A stretch of 60,505 bases of DNA from a virus (Duplodnaviria > Caudoviricetes). The notes beneath the pieces are model-generated. The model did no database searches and was not told the DNA's origin. It saw nothing but the letters and a program-made list of their open reading frames with translations. Positions 47,087 through 57,766 of the stretch are shown here, piece after piece. Where the stretch lies: positions 1 through 60,505 of IMG/VR virus record IMGVR_UViG_3300031672_000001; one strand, given 5' to 3'. The translations under genes were made by a program, and so were the position numbers. Positions within the stretch are counted from its first letter, which is position 1; each line of letters opens with the position of its first letter.

Positions 47087-47563
47087 CTACGGGTTCTCAC
47101 CGTCGAAGAATCCGATCTGCCACGCTCCATCCCGCCCCTTAGCGTCAGGCAGTAGCCGTGTGGCCTCCCATCCGCGCTCGGCGAGCAGTTTCTCGGCGTG
47201 GAGCACGATCCGTTCGACCAAGTCCATGACCTCCGGGATGCGCAGCAACTCCTCCTTACGCTTCTGGCGATCAAGGACCCATTCGCGTCTACGCCCACCA
47301 CCCGTAGGCGAGGACACGAATAGCTTGATGCCGTCCGCTAGGAAGATTGCAGACGCGCTCAGATAGCGCCTGCGTTCCTCGAAGCTCCGTAGACCGAAGC
47401 GCATGACGCATTCCCGGTCGATGATCGTCAGGATCGCCGTCACGAGACGCGCCATGTTGCCCGGTTGGGTTGCTGCTGCGAGCTTCGGCCGATCAGCTTC
47501 CAACCGGCCTAGAGCATTGCCTACTTCCTGGCGGACCTGAGTCGATCCAGCAAGACTAGGCAT
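47087..47563 (-). CDS. hypothetical protein
   Basis: overlapping ORF in the head operon. Confidence 0.6.
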   Translation of the reverse strand: MPSLAGSTQVRQEVGNALGRLEADRPKLAAATQPGNMARLVTAILTIIDRECVMRFGLRSFEERRRYLSASAIFLADGIKLFVSSPTGGGRRREWVLDRQKRKEELLRIPEVMDLVERIVLHAEKLLAERGWEATRLLPDAKGRDGAWQIGFFDGENP

Positions 47564-47960
47564 CTACCTGCGCTGACTCGGCGAGTACAGCCTTGCCTTC
47601 CTTGCGCAGCGTGAGTGCCTGCTTAGCGACCCGTGTCGCTGGTCCGAGCCAGAGCTGCTTGTCGCCGATTTCCTCCCGATCTTTCGCGACGAGCTTCGCG
47701 ATGTGCTCCGCCTGCTCGTCGATCAGATCGTCTTCGATGACCGTCAGTCTTGCTACGGCACCACAGACTTCGGAAACGACCTGCTTGGCGCTCTGTGACG
47801 CTGGTAGACCTACAGCCTCGCGTACCCGCTCGCAGTAGACCGCGAATGGATGAGTGGTTCGTTTCTGCTGAGCGTCCATCGCCTGCTCATCTATGGCCGC
47901 GCCGACCATGCCGCTGTCAGCGCCGGACTCGTCAACCTGCGTGATTGTTGCTGGGCTCAT
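47556..47960 (-). CDS. hypothetical protein
   Basis: ORF with RBS in the head operon. Confidence 0.65.
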   Translation of the reverse strand: MSPATITQVDESGADSGMVGAAIDEQAMDAQQKRTTHPFAVYCERVREAVGLPASQSAKQVVSEVCGAVARLTVIEDDLIDEQAEHIAKLVAKDREEIGDKQLWLGPATRVAKQALTLRKEGKAVLAESAQVDA

Positions 47961-47983
47961 TACTGCCTGCCTTTCGTTGTGGT

Positions 47984-48778
47984 TCAGCCCGTCATTGCGA
48001 AGCTCGGAGCGAGCTTGTCCATGCGTTCTTGCGCTTGACCAGTGACCTTTTCGAGCGTCGCATTGTCTTCTTCTGAGAGTGGTGCGAGTTCGTCATTCGG
48101 TAGCGCTTCGACCGAGACGGCCTCAAGGCTGCACCGGCAACCCACATCACATTCGGTCGCGCCTTCGCCCGGCATCGCGGGAAAGTCTTCGAGAGGCATT
48201 GGTCCCATCGCGTCCAATGCGTCGCAGTCGCCACATACATGGTCATCACCCTCATCGACCCAGCTCAAGAGCTGACCATCAGTGCTTGCAGCCTCGGCGT
48301 AGCCTGCCTGCTCGCCGGCCCAAGCGACGCTCGCACCCGAGTCGAGACGGTAGGCGTTGGATTCGGCCCATTCGGCTACAGCGCTGGCGAGAGCAGCTGC
48401 TGTCAGGCCCTCAGCGGCAAGCTTGCCAGCATCGACTTCGGCTTGTGCTTCCGCGAAGTGTTCGGGTGTCGGCGAGAGCTGGGCGAGTTCGCCCGTCATC
48501 CGTTCCGTGCTCTTCAGGGCACCGGCTAGGGCCTGCTGGCGTCTTGCAGGATCAGGTGCTGTGGGAGGCTGGTAGACGCGCTGCGATCGAGCCTTGAGCA
48601 GTAGAAGCCCGCTCAGACTCGCCTCCTCACCCGCATGGAGATGTTCGGGTGTTGGGTCTTCAGGATCGGCGTCTGGTTCGTAGCCTTCGACGCCCTGTTG
48701 CCATGCCTTGTCGTAGCTGCTGTGGACTAGACCACGCTGCTGCTCAGCGAACCGTCGGATGGCCTCTGGCGAGATCAC
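47984..48778 (-). CDS. minor head morphogenesis protein (MuF-like)
   Basis: W...DDHVCGDC...PG...CDVGCRCSL. Confidence 0.75.
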   Translation of the reverse strand: MISPEAIRRFAEQQRGLVHSSYDKAWQQGVEGYEPDADPEDPTPEHLHAGEEASLSGLLLLKARSQRVYQPPTAPDPARRQQALAGALKSTERMTGELAQLSPTPEHFAEAQAEVDAGKLAAEGLTAAALASAVAEWAESNAYRLDSGASVAWAGEQAGYAEAASTDGQLLSWVDEGDDHVCGDCDALDAMGPMPLEDFPAMPGEGATECDVGCRCSLEAVSVEALPNDELAPLSEEDNATLEKVTGQAQERMDKLAPSFAMTG

Positions 48779-50925
48779 TTCGACGCGGCCTTGACCAACT
48801 CCCCAAGGTTCGCCGCCGACTCCCGCTTGAAATCCTCAGCGGCCTTCTGGAAAGAGGGATCGTCGGGCCGACGCCGTGGTGCGCGCGCCTCGCGCATCAA
48901 CGTCGCCAACTGCTCGGGCGTCAGCGTGATTGCGCTCTCCTTGACCTTCATGTCCTGCTTGATCGCTTTCGCACCTTCGCTGGTCGCAGGGTTCGCCTTG
49001 GCGGGGAAGCCGCCGCGTGTCGCCGGTTCGTCTTCCTGTTCGCCTTCGCCCGGCACTGGTGCCGAACCGTTTGTCGGCACGAGCAGACCGGGTGGCTCAT
49101 CCTCGCTCGACGGGGACTTCGTGATATCCAACTTGCCCGTCTGACGCTTCGTCGCCATGATGACCGAACGGCGTGGCTTACCGTCACCCTTCTTAGGCTT
49201 GTCCATCGGTTCGCCCGTGACAGGGTTCGTGCCCGGTTCTGTTTCAGCCTCTGGGAACTCCTTAGCGATCAGCTCCTGCTCAGACTCGAAGTTGTAGTTC
49301 TCGATGTCGAGCTCCTTCGCGGCGATCGTCGCGGCGGTCTGCTTGCTGATCCACCCCATGCCCTCAGCAGTACCCAAGTCTTCGAGCTTCGCTGTGCGGT
49401 CCTCAGAAGCGATCGACGGGAACGTGAACTCGATCTCCGCATCAGTGATCCCGGCCTGCTTGAAGAACCGTTCAGCGATGTTCTCTAGGATCGTACGGAG
49501 CTGTTCTTGGGCGTCCTGGAAACGCTTGGACGCAGGCTCAGTAGCGACCAGGGCATTCGCTCGCGTCGCTCTGCCTGTGACACCCAGATACTCCTTGGGT
49601 ACACCGATCCCGACAGCGATGATGTTGACGAGCGCTTCAAACGTCGCGTCGCCCGAGAGTCCTGTGGCTGCCTGTTGGAAGTTCAGTGCGGTCAGCTTCG
49701 CCTTCGAGGAGTGACCGAACACGTTGCCTGGTGCTGGTGGACGGTTGCCGGGGAAGAGCTGCGCCCTGATCGCTGCGAGATCTTTCGGGTTGCCTTCGAC
49801 CTCGAGGTCATACGCGTAGCGGGAGTGCATGTCGGCTTGGACGACGCGACTCGTCATGTAGTCGCGCATCCGCTTGATCCAACCCAAGACGGGATAGAGA
49901 TCTGAGCGTCCCCTACGCTCAGAGTTGCCTACGTTGATCCGGTAGTGGTCGATCTCGCGGTAGTCGATCTGGCGGATGATGTAGCGCGTTATCGCGCCTG
50001 GAATGGTCGCCCCAGTCGGTGCTGGCGGCGCACCCAACGGTTTGGTTCCCTGAGGCGCGTAGAGCTGGTAGGGAGCTTGAAACTGCTGGTGGTAGAAGAA
50101 GACCGTCTCGAAATCCTCGGGGTCGGTCACGATGTCGTAGATCGACGCTGGGTCGAGCGAACGGATCAACAAGCCCTTCGGATTGCCGGGCTGCTGGAAG
50201 TAGCGGATGAACTGCTCGCCGTAGATCGAGAGGTCCCGGCAGATCTTCGCTAGCCGGTCATCCATCTTGTTCGTCTTCCAGAACGCATCCCACGCTGCTT
50301 GAGCCGTGTCGTGCGTCTGGCCCTTGCCGGTGCCCGTGCTCTTCGTGACCTTCGCCTTCAGACCAGCTCCGAGAGCGAACTGCTCGACCAGGTGTACGGC
50401 GCGCCATGACATCGGGTCGTGGTTGTACGCCTCGAAGCTCTTGGCGCTCATCTCGAAGTAGGACTGCCAGTAGAGCTGGCGAGTCAACGGGCCGGGGATC
50501 AATGGCAGGAACTGTTGGGTTAGGCTTGATCCACCGATCAGCGATGGGACGCCTTCCGCGCCATACGCGAACCCGTTGCCTTCACCCCACGCCTCGCGCA
50601 TCTGCTCTCTGCGCCGCTTTCCCGCGCCCTCAAGCACCTGGTCGCAGTAGCCGTCGAGCGCGGCCTTGTTCGCGAAGATGCCGCGCTTAGACTCCCTGAG
50701 AACGGTACGGCCCGTCGCACGCTGTTGGGAGAACTTGCCGAGCCATAGCCGCGCATCAACCTCGAACTCGCTTGGGATCTGGTCCGGACACGGGCCTGTT
50801 GATAGGTCCAAGTCCCAATCGTCGTAACCCATTGATGGGCCTGGGATGACGAAACCGGAGGCTGTCGGGAGATCGTCTTCTAGCTCGTCCTCGGCTATGA
50901 AGCCGTTGTGCTCCGCAACAGTCAT
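48775..50925 (-). CDS. portal protein
   Basis: follows TerL; DLSIYGEQF, RGRSDL, IGVPKEYLG, EFTFPSI. Confidence 0.88.
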   Translation of the reverse strand: MTVAEHNGFIAEDELEDDLPTASGFVIPGPSMGYDDWDLDLSTGPCPDQIPSEFEVDARLWLGKFSQQRATGRTVLRESKRGIFANKAALDGYCDQVLEGAGKRRREQMREAWGEGNGFAYGAEGVPSLIGGSSLTQQFLPLIPGPLTRQLYWQSYFEMSAKSFEAYNHDPMSWRAVHLVEQFALGAGLKAKVTKSTGTGKGQTHDTAQAAWDAFWKTNKMDDRLAKICRDLSIYGEQFIRYFQQPGNPKGLLIRSLDPASIYDIVTDPEDFETVFFYHQQFQAPYQLYAPQGTKPLGAPPAPTGATIPGAITRYIIRQIDYREIDHYRINVGNSERRGRSDLYPVLGWIKRMRDYMTSRVVQADMHSRYAYDLEVEGNPKDLAAIRAQLFPGNRPPAPGNVFGHSSKAKLTALNFQQAATGLSGDATFEALVNIIAVGIGVPKEYLGVTGRATRANALVATEPASKRFQDAQEQLRTILENIAERFFKQAGITDAEIEFTFPSIASEDRTAKLEDLGTAEGMGWISKQTAATIAAKELDIENYNFESEQELIAKEFPEAETEPGTNPVTGEPMDKPKKGDGKPRRSVIMATKRQTGKLDITKSPSSEDEPPGLLVPTNGSAPVPGEGEQEDEPATRGGFPAKANPATSEGAKAIKQDMKVKESAITLTPEQLATLMREARAPRRRPDDPSFQKAAEDFKRESAANLGELVKAASK

Positions 50926-50934
50926 GCAGCCTCC

Positions 50935-52431
50935 CTAGCCGAACTGACTTGACGAGTAGTACCCGGGCGTCCACGGACCCTCAGACGACGCCGACTCGAT
51001 CGCCACCACATTCCCCTCTGGCGGGAAGATGCGGATCAACGCCTCACCCAAAGCATCTAAATGGTGGTCCCACTTGCCGTCCTTTTTGTACGTCTCCTTC
51101 GGCGCGCCTTCGATGCCCGCATGCGTGTCCCATATGGCCTCTTCGATGGCTTCGATGAGATACGGACAGCCCTCTCGGCTGATGTACAGCCGGTCTTCGC
51201 GCAGAAGCTCCTTGATGACCTCGACACGCGCCTCTGGACCCCATCGCTCATCAGCCTTCTGGACGCTGATACCAGCGCGCTCCAAGACCGCTATGTCAGA
51301 CTCGCCGGTCTGGACGCTGCGACCCTTGCCAGCCGGATCAACGTATGCGGGGACATCCTCGGGGACGCCGAGCTCACGGTCGGTCGCTAGCACCTCGACG
51401 GCCAGCTCAGCCGTCGTCTGCTTCTCCGCATGTAGTTCGTGGAAGACGAAGATGCACCGCTCGCCCTGCACCTCGATCCACAAGCAGGGAGCGTGGTGGT
51501 AGCCAAAGTCGATCCCACGGTACACCGGGAACGGGCTATCGAGAGTTCGGGTGCCCTCGATGGTGTGCTTATCCCATCGGAACTCATCGAAGACCGCGCC
51601 CTCAAGCTCACCTAGCAGCTCGCCCATCAACTCCTGGCGGCCGAGTCTCGTGCCCTCATACCGCCGGCGCAGTTCCATCAGCGCCTCGGGAGACAGGTTC
51701 GCTTCATTGTCGAACGTCGTGCCCCGTACGACAACCACGGACCCGTCGGTACGACCAACCAGATCGCGCACAAGTGTCGTGCGCCGTGGAGTGGTAGTCG
51801 CCGCGATCCGTGGGCGGCCGATGCGCAAGGCTGGCAAGAGCCCTTCAGTCCACACTTGGATGTAGCGCCAGGTTGCGATCTCATCGACCCAAGCGCCAGA
51901 AAGGTTCGCCCCACGGATGCTCTCGGGCTTCTCCGCACTGTACGCGTGGATCACCGCGCCATTCTTGAGTCTGATCTCCCCCGTCGTGCGGTTATAGGCT
52001 GGCGAGTCGAGCCGAAGATCAAGCGCGCGCAGCAAGCCAGAAACGCCCTCCAAGCACACCTCGCGGCACTCCTGTGTGGTGCGCCCGATCACTGCGTAGT
52101 GCGCGCTGGGATGCTGCTGTGCTTCGCGCGCCAGCCACTCTGCTCCCGTGCGCGTCTTGCCCCAGCCACGACCAGCCATGATGAGCCAGACGAACCAGTC
52201 GCCCTCTGGTGGGACTTGTGCGTGCCGGGCGTGACGACATGACGATTCGTGTGGTCCCTCTAGTGGATGCTCGCACCAGTGGAAGCCCTCGTGTGGATCG
52301 CCTTCGCACTCTGGACGGTCGCAGTACCAGCGACCTACGGCGCGCTTCGTCTCAGCTTGCGCCCTCAACTGCTTGTAGCGCTCGATCAACTCCGGTCGAA
52401 TGCTCGGGTCCAGTTGGATCGTTGCCAGCAA
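50935..52431 (-). CDS. terL: terminase large subunit
   Basis: MAGRGWGKT (Walker A), WVDE (Walker B), ATTTP, GIDFG, DHHLDAL. Confidence 0.95.
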   Translation of the reverse strand: MLATIQLDPSIRPELIERYKQLRAQAETKRAVGRWYCDRPECEGDPHEGFHWCEHPLEGPHESSCRHARHAQVPPEGDWFVWLIMAGRGWGKTRTGAEWLAREAQQHPSAHYAVIGRTTQECREVCLEGVSGLLRALDLRLDSPAYNRTTGEIRLKNGAVIHAYSAEKPESIRGANLSGAWVDEIATWRYIQVWTEGLLPALRIGRPRIAATTTPRRTTLVRDLVGRTDGSVVVVRGTTFDNEANLSPEALMELRRRYEGTRLGRQELMGELLGELEGAVFDEFRWDKHTIEGTRTLDSPFPVYRGIDFGYHHAPCLWIEVQGERCIFVFHELHAEKQTTAELAVEVLATDRELGVPEDVPAYVDPAGKGRSVQTGESDIAVLERAGISVQKADERWGPEARVEVIKELLREDRLYISREGCPYLIEAIEEAIWDTHAGIEGAPKETYKKDGKWDHHLDALGEALIRIFPPEGNVVAIESASSEGPWTPGYYSSSQFG

Positions 52432-52888
52432 GTTCCGCCTCCAACCTCGTGATCGCCTGCGTGAGCACGTCTTCGGTGATGACCGTGACCTCGCTCGACT
52501 GCTTGGATCGGCCATAGCCACGGTCGAGTAGCTCGCGGACTGCGGTGATGCGCGTCGGATGATCGGTCACATTCTCGACAAACGCCTGTGGTCCGTTGCC
52601 GACGACGACTGCACGCTCGGCGGTCAGCGCATCCCATAGCGGCTTGAGCACCTTGTCGATGTCCTGCTCGATGCGTTCCTTGAGCACGTCTACCGCTCTT
52701 GGAGTGCGTGGCCGACCAGCCCCAGGCTGACGCCCCTGGATTCGAGCGCTATCCGGCAGATTCGGGTCGTGTGTTCTGCACCAATCGCCCGTGACTGTGA
52801 TGCTCTCGATGATCGTGCCCGGCTTCAGCGGGTTGGCTTTGCAGGGCTTGCCCTTGATGGTCTTGGCGTGGCAGGTGCGCTTGCTCAC
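52352..52888 (-). CDS. terS: terminase small subunit
   Basis: CHAKTIKGKPC..., GAGRP, ELLDRGYGR; overlaps TerL. Confidence 0.75.
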   Translation of the reverse strand: MSKRTCHAKTIKGKPCKANPLKPGTIIESITVTGDWCRTHDPNLPDSARIQGRQPGAGRPRTPRAVDVLKERIEQDIDKVLKPLWDALTAERAVVVGNGPQAFVENVTDHPTRITAVRELLDRGYGRSKQSSEVTVITEDVLTQAITRLEAELAGNDPTGPEHSTGVDRALQAVEGAS

Positions 52889-53215
52889 CGCTTCCCTCGC
52901 TTCTGAGTAGCCCTGCCGCTAATCGTCATCTCCGAAGATCTCCGTTCCGCTGGGTGAACCATCGATCGTCCAGGCTTGTTCAGTGAGCCACCCTAGATAG
53001 CGGTGTGCCGGACACGGAAGCAGCGACCCATCCACATCCACCACGTTGAGAACATGGGCGTCCACTCCGACTTGTCGTCACCTTGCGTGCGATAGCCGGT
53101 GGCGAACTTGGTCGGGATGAGCTGGCGAATACGACGAATGCGGTTCATATGATCTCCCCCTCACATCGGTTGAGGTTCCAGGCGATGAATCGTCTCATGT
53201 GGTCCTCCTCCGTTT

Positions 53216-53682
53216 CTAAGTGTCCGGCTTGATTTCGTAGAATCTGAACGGCAGCCTCGCCGTGTGCTGGACGTTCTTGTCAGCGGTCCCGAGCGGGATC
53301 TTCGAGCAGTCCCAACTGCCGCCTACGCCTTCGTCGGTCCAGTGCGCCATGCCAGCACCACACGGGCAGCGAGAGATCGCTGCGTAGGGCTGTCTCGCGA
53401 ACAGCTTGCGTAGTAAACGGATCATGCGGCCTGCTTGGCTAGATGCTTTCCGCAATGTGAACACTCGTAGCCGTCGAAGCTGAGCGGCGGGTCGCACTGG
53501 CACGTCGCCGGCTTCGGACGGTTGAGGCTTTGAGCTTCGCGACGCAGACAAGCCGGGCATTGGCAACACGACTGGTAGCCCTTGCAGGCTTTCGGCTGGT
53601 CGAGGACTCGGAGCTTGCCTTCCACGCCGATGATCGCCGAGCCGAACTTGCCCTCATGCTTCTGGAGGATCTTGACGGTCAT
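53216..53682 (-). other. two small Cys-rich genes (53216-53425, 53422-53682)
   Basis: coupled ORFs with CxC/CxxC motifs. Confidence 0.55.
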
Positions 53683-53791
53683 AGAACCTCGCAGAGTCGC
53701 GGGGCGGAAGGCTGGGAATCGACCCCAGAGCGCACTAGCGCAATCTGACAATCACTTGTCGAGCGGGAGCATATCAAACGCTCGGACAGAA

Positions 53792-54316
53792 TCACGCTGC
53801 CATCTCGCTATCGCGCGGCAGCCCTCTTGGGGTCTCAGGTGAGAGCTTGGGCAACGGCGGCGCGCCACCATCCCATCTGAGTCGGACTTCGCGAATGTAT
53901 TGCCTACTGCACCCGCACTTACGAGCCATCTCAACATGACTCTCGGGGGATTCGGCTACCCATCGCCTCCAGCCCCGGTCACCCATCGCCGGGTCCCTGG
54001 CCAGCGGCTGACGCTTCCACGCGACCAACGATGCCTTAGCGTCGGCGAGCACCCTCCAGGGTCGGACCCCGCGTGCAAGCTGTTCGCGGAAGTGCTGGGC
54101 TGAGCGGAGCACTCGTTCCGGCTCGTCCTGGCGTGTCGGGCGCTCCTTCGCGTCCGGTTTATGGCGGTCTTCCCGACGATCTACTCCGCCCGGTGGACGC
54201 TTGCCCCCAATGTCTTCGCCCGAATCCCTGCTTGACGGGTCAAGGTTCACGGCGTTGATGTGGGAGCAGAGCTCTAGTTCGGCTAGGACTTGCCGGAGTT
54301 CGTGTTCGATGGTCAC
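53792..54316 (-). CDS. putative late regulator with C-terminal HTH
   Basis: SHVEMARKCGCSRQYIREVR; last early gene before the packaging genes. Confidence 0.45.
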   Translation of the reverse strand: MTIEHELRQVLAELELCSHINAVNLDPSSRDSGEDIGGKRPPGGVDRREDRHKPDAKERPTRQDEPERVLRSAQHFREQLARGVRPWRVLADAKASLVAWKRQPLARDPAMGDRGWRRWVAESPESHVEMARKCGCSRQYIREVRLRWDGGAPPLPKLSPETPRGLPRDSEMAA

Positions 54317-54444
54317 TCGCGTCCCTTCCGTCCGAGGGTCTTGTAAAGCTTCTGGGAGAGCGCGACTCGGGCAGAGGAGCGTTTGCAGAGACAGAGAGCC
54401 ACTGTGAGCAGACGGTGGCTCTCGTCGTTAAGGGGGTCACGCGG

Positions 54445-54867
54445 TCACGAGCAGTCCTTGAACGCCCTTACGAGCGCCACCGAGAGCCGATCCACGAAGT
54501 GCTCTTCCTGGTGCTCTTGCACCGTGATCGCAGCCTGGTACGCGGATTTCTTAGAGGATGGTGCCAGTAGGCAAATTGCCGACGAGCATTCCCACAGACA
54601 GAGGTGCAGCAGCTCGTGGACGATGGTCTCCTCGATCACTCGCTCAAAGCTAGTGTCCGGCGCCTTGTACCAGTCGGGCGGCGGATCACCTGTGACCACC
54701 CAGGGCTGGACGACGATACGCCCGCGATCGTAGTGCGGACTCTTGCTCGTGCGCATCGAGGTCGTGCGGGGCTTCAGCTTCTCCACGGCTACCTCGATCG
54801 TCCAATGCGAGAGGCCAAGCCGCTGCTGCCATAGCGTAAAGAGGTCGCGGATTTGCTGCTCAGTCAT
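54445..54867 (-). CDS. HEXXH zincin-like protein
   Basis: WQQRLGL..W...TIVHELLHL...EE. Confidence 0.7.
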   Translation of the reverse strand: MTEQQIRDLFTLWQQRLGLSHWTIEVAVEKLKPRTTSMRTSKSPHYDRGRIVVQPWVVTGDPPPDWYKAPDTSFERVIEETIVHELLHLCLWECSSAICLLAPSSKKSAYQAAITVQEHQEEHFVDRLSVALVRAFKDCS

Positions 54868-55324
54868 CCTGCGGAGTCTCCAGCTCGCCGCCGAGCCGCA
54901 CCACGCGGGCACGGGCACCATACTGGCTTCTCCCGCTCATGCCGTTCAACTCGAAGCCGAACCTCTTGCAAAGCATGTTCGGCCGTGTAGGCGCGCTTCC
55001 GCCAATACGCGATCTGCGCATCGCGCTCAGCTAGGACGCTCCCCAACGTCTCATCACTCGGTTGGAATGGATGCGCTAGCCCATCCGCATCGGGCAGTGG
55101 GTGTGGCCCGGGTGGTATCTCCCGGTGCACTCGATGCTCGCGTGGACGACCACAACCCTCGCGGCCACACAGCTCCCAGTCGCTCATGTTGACCTCCTGT
55201 CATCCGCGCCCACCAAGGCGCGGCCCTTAGGGCAGTCCATCTCCTCGCGGGGCTTGTACGGCCAGCCAACGCCCAGCTCGTAGGCTGCGAGTTCCCGCAA
55301 GATCGTCAAGCGCTGTTCACTCAT
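54864..55324 (-). other. two small hypothetical genes (54864-55187, 55184-55324)
   Basis: ATGA-coupled ORFs. Confidence 0.55.
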
Positions 55325-55426
55325 GCCGTCGCCTTCGCCCTCAACCGCGATGCCCAGTCCACTGTCCACAGGTCGATCTCGGCGCGTGGCCCCTTCTCGA
55401 TAGATGGGGTATCCACTTTGATGGCC

Positions 55427-56389
55427 TCACAGCATCTTCATCTGAGGCGTGAGCAGGTTCCGGTAGGGATGCGGTTCGGTCACGACGCCCTGCTCGATCA
55501 GTCGGTAGAACAGCAGCCCGCGAGAGCGGCTGGACCGGCGGTTGAAGCGGAACACGTACTCGTCCAGGTAGTAGTCCAACTGCTCGCGACTCATGCCGCC
55601 CTGGTGCGTGCCGAGAAGCCACCGCTTCAAGAGCGACGCGACGCGGTGAGCGTGCGGCATGGCGACGTGCGCGTCCGGCGACTCGGGGTCACTCATGCTC
55701 GTGATTTCGTGCCGATAGTTGAGCTTGCCGATGTCGTTGTAGCCCGCGTAGGCGTCCGTGTGGATGATCGAGCCGCGCTTGACGTTCGCCAACACGAAGT
55801 CGGTCAGCGTGTCCTTCTCGGTGTTCGGGACGCGCGCCAGTCGGACGCGGCCTGCGCCGTGCTCGTGGGCCTCGACGGCGATTACCACGATGGCCTTGCC
55901 GAACGGCGAGCGGCCCTTAGTCTTGGCCGTGGAGAGGCCACCGACGAACGTCTCATCGACCTCGACCGTCACGCCGGGACCGCCGATCATGTCGCGGTCG
56001 GGCCGCACCATCGCACGGCGCAGCTTGTGCATCCACGCCCACGCGGTTTGGTAGGAGCCGAAACCAAGCTCGCGCTTCAAGCCGAGCGCCGAGACGCCGT
56101 TCTTCTGACCGCAGACGTGCCACATGACGTGGAACCACGTCCGCATCGGGTAGCGCGTCTTGTCGAAGATCGTCCTGGACGTGATCGACGTGCGCTTGCG
56201 GCACGCCTTGCAGCGCAGCGTGCCGCCCTTCATCCGCCACGGCTCGTCAATCACTCCACAATGCGGGCACACGAAGCCGTTAGGCCAGCGGATCTGCTCG
56301 ACGTAGGCGAGGCACGCGGCCTCGCTGTCGAACCGTTCGATGAAGTCCTTGAAGGTGCGCGGGTAGTCGGCACTTGCAGCCGGGGTCAT
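55427..56389 (-). CDS. IS1595-family DDE transposase
   Basis: RWPNGFVCPHC..CKAC Zn ribbon; VEVDET, IHTD, YLDEYVFRFNRR. Confidence 0.95.
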   Translation of the reverse strand: MTPAASADYPRTFKDFIERFDSEAACLAYVEQIRWPNGFVCPHCGVIDEPWRMKGGTLRCKACRKRTSITSRTIFDKTRYPMRTWFHVMWHVCGQKNGVSALGLKRELGFGSYQTAWAWMHKLRRAMVRPDRDMIGGPGVTVEVDETFVGGLSTAKTKGRSPFGKAIVVIAVEAHEHGAGRVRLARVPNTEKDTLTDFVLANVKRGSIIHTDAYAGYNDIGKLNYRHEITSMSDPESPDAHVAMPHAHRVASLLKRWLLGTHQGGMSREQLDYYLDEYVFRFNRRSSRSRGLLFYRLIEQGVVTEPHPYRNLLTPQMKML

Positions 56390-57303
56390 TGGCCGTCCCC
56401 AAGTCTTGTGTCCGCAGATGACGGGTCCGAGCGATACTCGGGCCGGGACGGAATCGGAGTCTCCCTCACGGCCTTGGCGAGTGCCCGCGTCACGCGGAAA
56501 GCGTTGGTCGCTTTCTCCGACTGCTTCTTACCGGCGATGGCGTCCGAGCACTCAGCGGCGACAGTCCGCACGATCCACGCTTCACACTCAGTTGGATCGC
56601 CTGCGAGCGCAGCGGTGATACACACACGCGCCTGGGCGCGGTATTCGTCGGCTAGGGCAGCTTCCCACGGCTCGGCCAACAGGTCGCGCCAACGTTTGCC
56701 CTCGGGTGCGTACTCCCGCTCGAATAGGGCGGCGGCCCCAGCCTCTATGGCGTCGTCAGGAATCATTGCGGTACATCATCAAGCTGCGGTTGCATTGTGA
56801 GCAGTTTGCCTGCCTGTCCGCCCCGTTGGCGGACGAGAGGTCCTCTACAAAGGCTGGTTCAGCCTCACCTGCGACGAGGACGGCCTCGACGCACTGAAAG
56901 CACCAACGACGACCTTGGTCGTCGCGGCACCCGATCAGACGGGAGCCTTCGCCATCTCCGCTCGATGGGTAGGTACGGAAGCTCATCGGTCGGCCCACCG
57001 CTCTGTGTCGAAGCGGTCCCGCGCAGCCGCTTCGGCGGCCTCCATCTTGGCCGTCTGCTCGCGATTGACAGCGCGCTCGGCGACAAGCTTCGCCGTCTCA
57101 AGCGTCGAGTACTGGTCTACCGGCTCGTCATCTACGTAGAGATTCCAGAACGTGCCGACGTAGCCGTTGGACTCCCGGTCGTCAACGTAGTGGCGCATGA
57201 TCCGCAGGCCGGGGATGCCCTTGGCCTGGTAGCCATCGCAGTAGTCGCCGCTGGCGCTCGGGATACGGCTCCAGACGATCTTGCTTGTAGGCTTGGCTTG
57301 CAT
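56386..57303 (-). other. three IS passenger genes (56983-57303, 56756-56986, 56386-56766)
   Basis: coupled ORFs inside the TIRs, downstream of the promoter TGGTACAAT (57375-57383) and AGGAGG. Confidence 0.75.
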
Positions 57304-57766
57304 CAGGGATACCTCCTGGTGTCAGGCCCCCGGCCGTTCCAGCGGTGCGGGGGCGCTTTGCGTTCTGTAGTTGGATTGTACCACAGATCGGGCCAGCTAA
57401 GTAGATACCCCATCTCGATAGACCCATCCTTTGCGCCTACGGGGAGCTTGTGACAGCCGCTCAGGCAGACGAGTTGGGCGTCATCGTCGTAGGCTAACCC
57501 GTTGAGAGAATCGAGACAACCCTTGATTAGGTTGTCAAGATCCGATGAGGCGTGCGCCCCTTAGAACCGCATCGACGCCGCGAACGGCGCAGCTCCTAAC
57601 GATGGTCGGCCAGCCACCATCCACTCTGCTTGCACGAGCAGGCGGTAGGTCTTCGAGCGTGCCGGCAAGTAATGCTTGCCTCGCTGAGTACGGGAGCGTT
57701 GCAGTGGGACGGGCTTGCCGGGGATGATGAGTTTGATCGCCTCGGACTGCTTGAGGGTCGTGGTGC

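Larger units (their letters stand above)
55404..57413 (-). mobile_element. IS1595-family (ISSod11-like) element with passenger genes
   Basis: 23-bp TIRs ATGGGGTATC(C/T)ACTT(T/A)G(A/C)TGGCC; 8-bp TSD CTCGATAG at 55396-55403 and 57414-57421. Confidence 0.92.

Noticed and set aside
55418-56800. 460-aa plus-strand ORF
   Set aside because: Antisense shadow of the transposase, as expected in GC-rich DNA; the same applies to most plus-strand ORFs over the structural genes
57561-57563. Stop-codon recoding suggested by the in-frame TAA plus a release-factor-like gene
   Set aside because: TAA, TAG and TGA all terminate coupled genes normally; no suppressor tRNA; rusA is already disrupted by the IS
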